A stretch of 64,000 nucleotides of DNA, from the NCBI RefSeq assembly GCF_009914755.1, contig NC_060941.1; one strand, 5' to 3'. Of the stretch, positions 15,373 through 27,611 are shown in pieces; within the stretch, counting starts at the first letter, position 1, and each line of letters begins with the position of its first letter. Made by a program: the position numbers and the translations under genes. Source of the stretch: the human T2T-CHM13v2.0 reference genome, Homo sapiens. The notes under the pieces were generated by a model that saw only the letters and a program-made list of their open reading frames with translations, made no database searches and had not been told where the DNA came from.

Positions 15373-17696
15373 TTACAGATTTCATCCTGAAGAATGCTGC
15401 ACTCTGGATAATTGTGTACTTGTTTCTTCAATCCACAATTCAGCTTCTGCTCCCATTTCCCCCAAAGTGACTTGGATACCATACTGGCAAAACCACAGGA
15501 TTTGCCTCGTCTTGGTTTCTTATCTTGGCAAAATGACCCTATGTTCCAGCTCCCCTTGGGTTTCCAGTCTCCACATTTGCCCTCCAGGAGTTCTCTAGTT
15601 CTAGGCATCCACCTCCTGGAGGCCACCTCTTGGCCCCAACACTCAGAGGTCTCCCCAACACTCTAGGAGAGGCCAGGATGTCCAGATTGACTGCCTCTCT
15701 ACCCTGCTCCTCAGCACTTTGGTAATCTCTTCTGAGAGTCTGTTATTAACAGAGATTGCCTATATGTGTAATCTCAGAAGGTCATACCTGTAGAGGGACT
15801 CTGGTCATCTCTGAACTGGGAATTGTAGGCCTTGGGTCTTGACATGCATCCTGTGTGACCTTGATCAGGTCTTTTCACTTCTCTAGGTTTTGCTTTCCTA
15901 ATCTGTACCGTGGCAAAACAGATCAGGGTCAGGTAAAACCACAGGCCACGGATATGCTGAGGAAAATGAAAAATACCAGGGCATTTTCAAGGTCATGTTA
16001 CTGCTGTGGCTGCTGGGCCTGTCTGCAGCCTGGGAGGTTGAGGACAACATGACAAGACAAATGTAAAAATGCCCAGAATGGAGTTATGAATATAGTGGTG
16101 GTCAAGGATGTGGGGGGGGGAACCTCTAAATGACCACAAGTGAGGGGGAAAGAAGGGCTTCCCTGCTCGGGGGTGAGAGGGTGGCCCTCTGAATGGAGCT
16201 CCCTGGAACCATGGATGACCCTTGCTGTCACTTCTTGCAACCCTGAGCTACAAAGAGTTGAGTCCAAGAATAGTATCCATTATGATAAAACTACTGGATG
16301 CGTGGGTTGAGGGTGGGGGAGAAGGGGAAGTACCACACTATCAGGGCTGAGGAATCACCTTTTGGGTGGCATGTCAGAACACCCAGTTCATTCATACTTG
16401 GTTTACTCATTTGGCTATATAGGGGTCCACATCTTGAGTCCATATTACTCATCACATCCCCTCCATGGAGATAAGCATAACATAGTTTCTGCATCAAGGA
16501 GCTCACTTTCTAGTCGGGGAGGAAACCACATGAATAGATAAATATGTGATAGGTGGTAAGAAGGAAGTAGTTCAGGAGACTGTAGGAGCACAGTGAAGGA
16601 TACAGAGTTTACTTGGGAAAGAGATCAGGGAAGTTTCTCTAGAGAAGATGAACATCTTTTTTGTCATGTATTTGAGAATCATTTGTTTATTGGCTCTTCT
16701 TGGCTTTCCGGTCTCCACGTTTGCCCTCCAGGAGTTCTAAATGGCACCAGTGTCTAAATCTTGTTGGGGGTGGGGGGTAAGTTAATATTGCTGAACAAAA
16801 TGATACAAGTCCTTTTTACTCTCAGTGTGGACTTCCACTGGTGCAGACATAGTATTGTTGTTAGGATCTTCATGAAGATCCATCAAAACGTTTTACCCCC
16901 ATGAGCCAAAGATCAGATCAAGGCGAGGAAACAAAAGTCAACAGACAAACTCATTGTATGGCTCAGTGATGGCTAATCACCCATTTTATCAATCATTATT
17001 CTCCTGAAGCCCCAGAACAGGCTTCCTCCTAACCCCTCCACCCTGCTCATTCAGACAGCTACTCTAGTGGGAATTGAGACTTAACTTGAAACTACTCATC
17101 TACAGCTGATAGACAGCCTTCTCCATCCTTCAGGCTTCCTGACACTTTGTTTCTTCCTCTGACATGACACTTAGCTTATTCCACCTCTTGGGATAGTTAT
17201 TTCTGTCACTGTCAATGCCATCACTAGACATGGAACTCTTCAAAGGCAGGGATGGGGCTTCATTCAGCTCTGTCTGCCCTGGCAAAGAGCAGATGGTTAG
17301 TACATTGGGCTGAACAAAAATGTCATAGATAACGAAGTCTGCGTGAATCCAGAGAACATGAAACACATACTGCTTCCCTTAAAGTGAGGTCCTCGATGCA
17401 TGAAGATGAAACTGCACCAACTAGGAAAGGTCAGGAGAGGTACTAACACATCTGCTATCAGGCAACACGGAACATTACAGCTGGGGGCGAGGGTCTTGGA
17501 GAAGATCAGAACATTTGAAGCAAGAGCTGTACAAAGAAAAGGGGGAGAGAACAGATGAGAGAAGTGCAGCTTGTGTGTGCGGGTGGGGAGGGAGGGAGAG
17601 TGCTGAGGCAGGATGACCTTGTACTTTATTTCATGACCCTGAAGTACCCCAGGATGCTGCTCCAACCTCTCCTGTGGCTCCCAGATGCTGTGGGTC

Positions 17697-18069
17697 CCTT
17701 TTTTTCTTAACTTGTATTTTAGGTTCAGGGGTACATGTGCAGGTTTGTTATATAGGTAAGTTGTGTGTTGCGGGGGGTTTGGTGTACAGATTATTTCATC
17801 ACCCAGGTAATAAGCATAGTACCCAATAGGTAGTTTTTTTTATCCTCACCCTCCTCCCACCCTTCACCCTTAAGTAGGCCCTGGTGCCTGCTGTTCCCTT
17901 CTTTGTGTCCATGTGTACTCAATGTTTAGCTTCCACTTATAAGTGAGAACATGCAGTATTTGGTTTTCTGTTCCTGTGTTAGTTCGCTTAAGATAATGGC
18001 CTCCAGCTCCATCCATGTTGCTGCAAAGGGCATGATCTTGTTCTTTTTTTTATGACTGAGAAGTATTCC

Positions 18070-18113
<44 letters not shown>

Positions 18114-19177
18114 AAATTTTTTTTATCCAGTCTACCATCAGTGGGCATTTAGGTTGATTCCATGTCTTTGCTATTGTGAATACTGTTGCGATGAACATAC
18201 ATGTGCACATGTCTTTATGGTAGAATGATTTATATTCCTTTGGGTATATACCCAATAATGGGATTGCTGGGTTGAATGGTAATTCTGTTTTAAGTTCTTT
18301 GAGAAATCGCCAAACTGCTTCCCACAATGGCTGAACTAATTTACATTCCCACCAGCAGTGTATAAGTGTTCCTTTTCTCCACAGCCTCACCAACATCTGT
18401 TATTTTTTGACTTTTTAAAAATAGCCATCCTGACTGGTTTGAGATGGTATCTCATTGTGGTTTTAATTTGCATTTCTCTAATGATTAGTGGTGCTGAGCA
18501 TTTTTTGTATGTTTCTTGGCCGCGTGTACGTCTTCTTTTGAAATGTGTCTGTTTATGTTCAATGCCCACGTTTTAACGGAGTTGTTTGTTTTTTGCTTGT
18601 ACATGTGTTTAAATTCCCTATAGATTCTGGATATTAGACCTTTGTGAGATACATAGTTTGTAAATATTTTCTCCCATTCTGTAGGTTATCTCTTTACTCT
18701 GCTGATAATTTCTTTTGCTGTGCAGAAGCTCTTTAGTTTAATTAGATCCCATTTGTCAGTTTTTGGTTTTGTTGTGATTTGTTTTTGGCATCTTCATCAT
18801 GAAATATCTGCCAGATCCTATGCCCAGAATCATATTGTCTAGGTTATCTTACAGGTATCATATTTTTATAGTTTTATATTTTAGGTTTTACATTTAAGTC
18901 TTCAACCCATTGTGAGTTGATTTTTACAGATGGTGTAAGGAAGGGGTCCAGTTTCAATCTTTTGCATACAGCTAGCCAGTTATCCCAGTACCATTTATTG
19001 ACTGGGAAGTCCTTTCCCTGTTGCTTGTTTTTGTTAACTTTGTCAAAGTTCGGATGGCTGCAGGTATGCAGCATTATTTCTGAGCTCTCTATTTTGTTCT
19101 ATTGGTCTATGAGTCTGTTTTTGTACCAAAGCCATGCTGTTTTGGTTACTGCAGCCCTGTGGTATAGTTTGAAGTCA
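17697..19177 (-). mobile_element. 5'-truncated L1 (older L1PA/L1PB): ORF2 C-terminus plus 3'UTR, with internal (TA)n at about 18072-18110
   Basis: ORF 17926..18396 gives [13 protein letters not shown]...PAIPLLGIYPKE...WMELEAIILSELTQEQKTKYCMFSLISGS, the L1 ORF2 C-terminus. Confidence 0.92.
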
Positions 19178-19515
19178 TGGCTCCCTTTTTTTACTCTTCT
19201 TTTTTCTTTCTCAGAGAAGAGCAGGTAACAATGTGGGGTTAAAGGTGAGCAGGTGGGTTAGAGTAGTGGAGCTAAAGGCAGATAGAGGTCTTGATCCAAT
19301 TATCCTCATTCCCTTCATTTGTCCAACCTTGCACACTCCTGTATGCAGGGCCTTTGTAAGCTTCACCTTCTGTACAGGTGCCCAGCAACTGTCAAACCAG
19401 CCAGGGCTTAACATGAGCATGGGCATTCCCTATGGACTGGCTGGGACACACCCACATCCTTAGATTACACATTTTGCCTGTAACATAGATAAACTCATTA
19501 CTAGGTATATAATTC

Positions 19516-19866
19516 TGTTTTGTTTTGTTTTGGTTTGTTTTGCTTTGTTTTGTTTTGCTTTGCTTTGTTTTTGGGACAGGGTCTCATTCTGTCAAACAAG
19601 CTGGAGTGCAGTGGCACAATCACCACTCACTGCAGCCTGGACTTTCCTGGGCTCAGGTGATCTTCCCACCTGAGCCTACTGAGCAGCTGGGACTACAGGT
19701 GTGTATCACCACTCCCAGTCAAGTTTTTTTTTTGTATGTGTGTTTTTTATAGAGACAGTGTTTCACCATGTTCCCCAGGCTGGTCTCAAACTTCTGGGCT
19801 CAAGCAATCTGCCTGCCTTGACCTCCCAAAGTGCTGGGATTTCAGGTGTGAGGCCCTGTACCCAGC
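19516..19866 (-). mobile_element. AluJ with (GTTTT)n tail
   Basis: Diverged Alu with J-type CTGGGCTCAAG motifs. Confidence 0.85.
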
Positions 19867-20843
19867 TCAATTCTGTTTTTATACTAGAAGAACATTCTCT
19901 ATCTGGGTCTTCCAGACTTGATTCTTACTGGTTAATTTGTCCTGGTCTTTTGCTGGTCCAAGAAAATATCTTGAAATCTTTATTTCTTCTCCGTTCCCTC
20001 CTTGTCCTAGGACAGACTAGCCCTATCCCTTCCCTGAATTAAGTCTGAGTATAATCGGTCTTTGAGTGTGGAATAGCTCCTAGCAGTCTATCAGTCAATG
20101 GTTTCTCTTTGTGGTCACACTCTATGTTTATTCTGGAGACTACAGCATGGAAAGAAAATGGACTTTGGAGTCAGATGAATCTTGATTCGAATCTTGATTC
20201 AAATCTTGGCAGTGCCATTCATCAGTTCTGTGGCATTGAGCGCCATCAGTGGACCACTCTCTGATCCCCAATTGCCTTATCTGTAAAATGAGATTAGACA
20301 CCCCTGCTCAAGATTATGGTAGGATTATATATAATATGTGTAACACAGCTTTCCCAGTGCCTGGTACAAGGTAAGTGTCCAATAAGAACTTACAAATGTT
20401 CCTGAGCCACCCTACTGGGTCCCTCCGCACATCCAATGCTGGACTCTTCATGCCCAAGGAAACATATAGGGCACAAAAGTCAGTGGCACTGAGCTCAGCA
20501 GAAGAAGGCACAGGAAGGGGATGGGGGAGTCCTGGTTCCCGCTTTGTTCTTGGGGCCAGGACAGTGGCCAGCCTGGAAAGACTGGCATGAACCCTCCAGC
20601 ATCTGGGGGTGCCAACCACCAAGAGCAGCACAGTTCTTGTCTACAAGCCACTTGTAGCAGGTGTGAACATTTCATCTTTTCCTCTGGGGTTTGCAACTCT
20701 CTCCCCAGTCTCGGTCACTGCTTTTGGCTGTACCACTTCCCTTTTCTTCTCGCCTGCACCTCCCTCATCTTTCCTCTATGATGACATCGCCCTGGGGAAG
20801 AGAAGCTGAGAGGAACTCCTCACTCAGCTAGCTTCAGGAGCCA

Positions 20844-20922
20844 TGACATCATCTCTACCATGGAAATTCCACTCACTCTCCTGTGCCCCCACATTTGTCC
20901 TAGGCCTCAGAGTCCCTATAAA
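20844..20922 (+). promoter_or_regulatory. CCL4L proximal promoter: CRE/AP-1-like TGACATCA (20844-20851), kappaB-like TGGAAATTCCA (20861-20871), TATAAA (20917-20922)
   Basis: Motifs read directly about 100-180 nt upstream of the ATG. Confidence 0.8.
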
Positions 20923-21023
20923 GAGAGATTCCCAACTCAGTATCAGCACAGGACACAGCTAGGTTCTGAAGCTTCTGAGTTCTGCAGCCTCACCTCTGAG
21001 AAAACCTCTTTGCCACCAATACC

Positions 21024-22451
21024 ATGAAGCTCTGCGTGACTGTCCTGTCTCTCCTCGTGCTAGTAGCTGCCTTCTGCTCTCTAGCACTCTCAGCACCAAG
21101 TAAGTCTACTTTTGCAGCTGCTATTTCGAGTCAAGGTGTAGGCAGAGTCCTTTTTTCTATTCATGGCTGGCAAACAGTGGGATCTGGGGATGGGACAAAA
21201 GGCAGCTAGGAAGATTGCCATGTAGTCTGCTGCTAAATGTAGAGTCTAGTAGATATTCAGTAACATTCAAGTTCCTATTTTCTTAAGAATTAGCAACCAG
21301 CAGAGGAAAACGATGGGCTGGAAGTCAGACTGTTGAATTGGCTCTGCCTTTAATTATTTGTTCAAGCAAGCCCCTGTCCCTCTCTGTGCCTTGGTTTCCC
21401 CATCTGTCATATGAAGGGAGTGCGATGTGTTCTGAGACTGAATCCAGTTCCAATCTTCTAGATTTCTTTCTCGTTCTTCTCTGAAGATCCACTATTCAGA
21501 ATAAGACTCCTGCTCATGTTAGGTGGGAATGGATACAAGGGACCATATTTGGGGTTCTGGTAGCTCCACAGGGATGCTCAATGAAGATGCAAAATTAGAA
21601 GTCAAAATAAACAGCTCCCATGGGCAGTGTTGATCTCACCCTGGCCTTTCCTTTCAGTGGGCTCAGACCCTCCCACCGCCTGCTGCTTTTCTTACACCGC
21701 GAGGAAGCTTCCTCGCAACTTTGTGGTAGATTACTATGAGACCAGCAGCCTCTGCTCCCAGCCAGCTGTGGTGTGAGTATCAACCCCTGGCTGCCCTGGG
21801 AGGCAAGGGTGAGGGCTGGATTTTTAAAGGGGGCCTGTTTTGGGGAGGGGGTGATGAGCGCTGGGGAGGCAGCTCTCAGGGCTGAAGCCTTCCCTGACAG
21901 CAGTGAGGTCACAGGTCATGAACTCACTTTTCAAGTGCTGAAGGCGGCTGAGTGGCAGCCGAGACAGAAGGGGGTTCCTGGGGAGGAAGTTATTCAGAGG
22001 ACAGGGAAGCAGGGGAAGGCAGACAGGTCCCGTGAGATATGGACCAATTCCTTAAACCATGCTAGAAAAACATGTGGAAAAGTCACTACCAGGCTGGCAG
22101 GGAATGGGGCAATCTATTCATACTGATTGCAATGCCCACTGGTTCCTAATCTGGGCAACCCCTGGGGCCCACAGCTAAATCCAGTGAGTGGAAGTTACAG
22201 GGAGTCTGCTTCCAGTGCTGCTCGAGGAAGGATCCCATCCACCAGAGCTGCCCCACATGGACCATGGTCAGGCAGAGGAAGATGCCTACCACAGGCAAGG
22301 GATAAAGCCAGATGACCTCAAAGGTCCCATGGGATTCTAATCTGTCTGCTCCTTGTTCTACAGATTCCAAACCAAAAGAGGCAAGCAAGTCTGCGCTGAC
22401 CCCAGTGAGTCCTGGGTCCAGGAGTACGTGTATGACCTGGAACTGAACTGA
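21024..22451 (+). CDS. CCL4L1: C-C motif chemokine 4-like (LAG-1/MIP-1beta-like), CCL4L1-type allele; join(21024..21099,21658..21772,22364..22451), 92 aa
   Basis: [93 protein letters not shown]12, L20 and KRGK distinguish it from CCL4. The intron-2 acceptor is an intact AG (22362-22363). Confidence 0.96.
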
Positions 22452-22729
22452 GCTGCTCAGAGACAGGAAGTCTTCAGGGAAGGTCACCTGAGCCTGGATG
22501 CTTCTCCATGAGCCGCATCTCCTCCATACTCAGGACTCCTCTCCGCAGTTCCTGTCTCTTCTCTTAATGTAATCTCTTTTATGTGCTGTATTATTGTATT
22601 AGGTGTTATTTCCATTATTTATATTAGTTTAGCCAAAGGATAAGTGTCCCCTATGGGGATGGTCCACTCTCACTCTTTCTCTGCTGTTGCAAATACATGG
22701 ATAACACCGTTAATTCCATGTGTTTTCAT

Positions 22730-22748
22730 AATAAAACTTTAAAATAAA
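22730..22748 (+). terminator. CCL4L polyadenylation signals (AATAAA at 22730-22735 and 22743-22748)
   Basis: Tandem AATAAA about 280 nt after the stop. TTATTTAT ARE upstream at about 22615. Confidence 0.85.
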
Positions 22749-24176
22749 ATGCAAACAGTTTCTTTGTGATTTTAATTTGATTTGGGGGTAAAAGGAATTG
22801 CCTGGTACCATTGGGCGGTGGGGCAAGCTACAGTTTCCAAAAGCAGTAAGAATGCGCAATTGCTGAGTCCTTAATATGAGCTCTGGGCTGAACACTCTTA
22901 ATACATGATCTCACTGCGTACTTTCAACAAGGGTTTTAACACCCTTATGAAGTAGGGACTGTTGCCCCCAGTTTCACAGTTAAGGAAAGAGAGGCACAGA
23001 GAGGTGAAGTGACTTGCTGAGGCTAGTAGGTCTGCTTGGGGAGTGTCATGAAAAAATGCCTTTAAAAAGGAGGTTATCATTTCAACATCTTGTGGGGGGA
23101 GTTGTAAAGAGGGGAAGCAGCACAGCAAAGGCGGAAGAAGAGTGAGAAAAGTGACTTCATCATATTATTATCAGCATAACATTGGGAAAGTCATCTTGCT
23201 TTATTAGACCTCAGTGTTCACAAGTGTGAAATGTAGATAATATTAACATTTATCTACATAAATGTTACGTAGATTTATGTAGATAAAGGGCTGTTTATCT
23301 ACATATGAAGGGCTGTTACGAGGTGATGTGTAAAGCACCCATCATGGGACTGGGCACCTGGAAGATTCTCTCCTTCCCCCTCTGAGCCTCAGCCTTTTCA
23401 CTTAAAATGGACCTAACAATTGTCAGGATCATCATGAGGATTAGATTAGTTAGTTGACAGATCAGCACTCTAAAGCCCAAGTTACTGTGAAGTGTTGTCA
23501 TGATGACAGAAGGATGGAGGTCTGGTTTTGTTTGGAAGTGTTGCAGGAGTAACCTAAAGCCACTTCTACTTAATTATCCTTCAATCAGTACTCCCATTCC
23601 ATGGGTCAGAGACTACATGGCTCTGAAATTGAATTACATGCACAATAAAGCCTGATCCACAGGACATAGACTCATGGTCTACTAAAGCTAAAAGGAAACT
23701 TTAGACCATCTGGTCCAACCCTCTCATTTTATGGAAACTGAGGGAGAAGGCCTGGGAAGTAACTTGCCACGTGCCACTCAACGAGTACATAGCAGAGCAG
23801 GAGCCTGGCCAGTGCCAGCTCCCAAGCTCAGGCCCTTTCCTGCACACATTCCCTAGTGACACACCTCTGTGGTCCTCAAAAGGGAGACCGGTTGAGTAAG
23901 GACAAGGCAGAGACTACCTTGAAAATCATTTGAGTGTTGTTAGTCCTGTGCAAAAGCAGAACTGGGGCCCTGTACTTCTCTGGGGTCAACAGACACAATT
24001 CCCTTCCTTGTCCTGCCCTTAGTCACCTCCGTCATTCCAGAGCCCCAGTGGAAACTTACTTCAGATTCTGCGGGCACTGAGAGAAGGAGGTTAGGGGGCA
24101 GAGCTGATCCAAAACAGGTGTGGGAAGAGGCTAGCAGCAAAGAATGTGCCTGGCCATAGTTTCTGCTTTCATTTGC

Positions 24177-24407
24177 CTAGATCCGAGCTATCTAATATGT
24201 TAGCCACTGGCCAAAGCGGCTATTTACATTTTCATTACATTTAATTAAAATGAAATAAAATTTAAAATTTAGTTCCTGAGTCACACTAGTCACATTTCAA
24301 GTGCTCAGTAGACCTTGGTAACATGGCTAGTTACCAGGTTAGACAGCATGCATTATGGACTTTCTGTCCATCATTGCAGAAAGTTCTGTTGGAGAGCAGT
24401 CTCCTAG
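24177..24407. mobile_element. MER3 (hAT-Charlie MITE)
   Basis: AATATG.TAGCCACT.GCCA...AATTAAAAT.AAATAAAATTTAAAATT.AGTTCCT.AGTCACACTAG.CACATTTCAAGTGCTCA matches the recalled consensus. Confidence 0.75.
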
Positions 24408-24564
24408 AATGTTCTCAGAGCCTAAAGAGAGTGAAGGGAGGAGCAGTTGGGATGGTCTGTAAGATTAGGGTGCAGATTTGGAGAAAGATACACAATTCTA
24501 TTCTGAGGGGACGGGATGGGAGAGAGAATGGATGACCCCAAGCCAGAGACAAGGTATAGATCAC

Positions 24565-25043
24565 TATGGTAGCTGAATAATGGCCCCCAAGACATCCACA
24601 TCCTATTCCCCAGAACCTGTGAATGTCAATTTGTATGGCAAAAGGGACTTTGGAGATATGATCAAGTTATGGATCTTGAGATGGAGTGATTACCTTGAAT
24701 TATCTGGTCAGGCCCTAAATGTAGTTGTGAGTGTCCTTACCAGAGGAAGGAAGAGAAAAATTTGGTAATAGAGGAGAAGGTAGCAATGTGACAGCAGAAG
24801 CAAGATGCTATGCTACCAGCTTGGAAGATGGAAGAAGAGGCCAGGAGTGAAGAGGTTTTAGGATGCAGCTCTAGAAGCTGCAAATGGCAAGGAAATTGTT
24901 CCTCCCCTAGAGCCTCCAAAGGGAGTGTCCCAGTGAATCTAATTTCAGACTTCTCACCTCCAGAACTTTTAGAGAATAAATATGTGGTCATAAGACACTA
25001 AGTGTGTGGTAATTTTTTGCAGCAGCAATAGGAAACAAATACA
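24565..25043 (+). mobile_element. MLT1D-like ERVL-MaLR solo LTR
   Basis: GAATAATGGCCCCCAAGA.ATCCAC.TCCTA.TCCCCAGAACCTGTGAATG ... GCAGCAATAGGAAAC.AATACA. Confidence 0.8.
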
Positions 25044-26332
25044 ACCACCAACTGATGTGTCACTGATAGTGACCCCCAATAGCTCAGTGTGGCAGGAAAG
25101 GGAGCATTCTAGAGGGTGAGCCAAATCTCCCTGCAGGAGGAACCCAGGGTGAGAGGGACACACCTCAAGGAGATGAACTATAATGAGGAGAGGCATTCCA
25201 AGAGGAGATCTGCTTCAGCAACTGAGTTCTGGGGCTGAGGCTTGATCCAGGGTCCAAGACCCTTAGGAAGCATGCCTCTTCTTGAGACATCTAGGGTGCT
25301 CTGAGGGGTCCTGGATTCCTATCTGGGAAAGAGTCCATCCTCTCATCTGTCAGATGCAGCCCAGAGCAGAACCATGACCTGTCTCTGGTTCATTGTTAGT
25401 GAGCAGGCAGGGTTAGGGCCAGAGTCCCGGTATCCTCCCTCATGATGGAGTCCCTTTCCCAATCCTCCCTGCCCCTCAGCTAATGGAAAGGGAGGAGCTC
25501 AGCTCCACAGAGGCAAGGCCACCAGGGAAGGCTGCAGGAGGCCAGGGCAGCCTCATGAAGAAATGCTTACCAGGAATTACAAACAGCAGAATGGAATCCT
25601 CGAAGGGGCAATGTGGGACTTCACCTGTTGCACAATATGAGACTGTTTTTTTCCTTTCTCCTCTTTTCATACAACTTCCTTTTCTCACCCTGGGCCCAGA
25701 GAGCTGGAATCTGCTTACTTGACGTTCCAGTTGAGGTTTCTCCAGGTTTCCGGGTGGGGGCAAAAGCCAGAACAGACAAAGCAGGACACTCGAAAGGAAC
25801 TATGGATTATGGAGCAACTTCTAGGCATCCGGCCTATTTTCCTACTCCTTGCAGTGCCCACCTCCCCCAGCTCACTCTCCAGATGGGAGTCCATTTCCTT
25901 ATGTACATGTTCCTTTAGGACATGTTCATGCAAACATGTCTTTATCCCCCATCCCACCTCAACCTGGAACCCTCCATCATGCTCCCATTGACACAGGCGT
26001 TTTCCTCCAAGGAGGCCAGGAGCCGAGCAAGCAGAGGCAGGGATCAAGGGAGCAAGATGAGCTGAGGATGGTGACATAGCCACAGTTCTTCCTGGAGGCT
26101 GAGACCAGAGACCAGCTGGCAGTCCTGTACTGCAGTCTGCATTCACCCTTTACAGATTTGAGGGCCTTAAAACCCTCTCTTTCCCACTTATCTCTACCTG
26201 TTCTCCCTTCTAAACTCCTTCTGTCTTGGGTTCCCAACTGAGTCTAGCATACAGGAAAATAGAAGAAAAGAATTGAGAGACAAAATTGTGGCTGCATTTT
26301 TCTACCTTTTAAATAGTTTCATTTTTAGATAC

Positions 26333-26948
<616 letters not shown>

Positions 26949-27254
26949 TACATGATAAGTGTGTAAAATATATATATTCAGAAGGAATGAGAAAATCAAA
27001 ATTAATTTTTTTCAGGGAAGATGGGCTTGATGGGACTTGATGGAGGATGGTCTGGGAGACTCTCCCCTTCTATGGAAACATTCCCAACTGGGAGACCAGC
27101 ACAGCTGCAGGGAAATAATTTCTTCAGGCAGTGTTAGCTGCTTCTAAATCTCAGGACCCTATGTCCCTGGGCTCCTCAAGGAGACATTTGTTATTTACAG
27201 TGACTCCTGATTCATTTGCTTAGGGGGTCCTCTTGTCTTTCTGCTAGGGACTTG

Positions 27255-27531
27255 GAAAAGGAGAGAGGGCCTAGCCTCCCAGCCTACATCTTTCTCCTCT
27301 GCTGGTTGTTTCCTTGTGATCTTGTAAGTTAACACTTAATAAATCCCATATATATATGGGATTTATTAAGTGTTAACTTACACTTATATATATGTATATA
27401 TATGTGTTATATATATAATATGTGTTATATAATATATACATATTAAATGTTAACTTACACATATATGATTTATTTGTATATTTATATTATATATTTATAT
27501 ATATCCTAATATGTGTGTATATATATATCTA

Positions 27532-27566
<35 letters not shown>

Positions 27567-27611
27567 ATATCCTATTAGTTCTGTCCCTCTAAGAGGACCC
27601 TGACTAATCCA
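27255..27611 (+). mobile_element. MLT2A-type 5' LTR of HERV-L; 5'-truncated, internally deleted, with an expanded TA/TCTA tract
   Basis: CTAGCCTCCCAGCCTACATCTTTCTCC and the terminal ATATCCTATTAGTTCTGTCCCTCTA..GACCCTGACTAAT.CA match MLT2A. Confidence 0.85.

Noticed and set aside
15995-16066. Signal-peptide-like micro-ORF MLLLWLLGLSAAWEVEDNMTRQM as a chemokine pseudogene exon
   Set aside because: No splice donor at the expected position and no CC-motif exon nearby; CTG-rich sequence explains the Leu run.
22362-22363. Calling the gene CCL4L2
   Set aside because: The intron-2 acceptor is AG, not GG.
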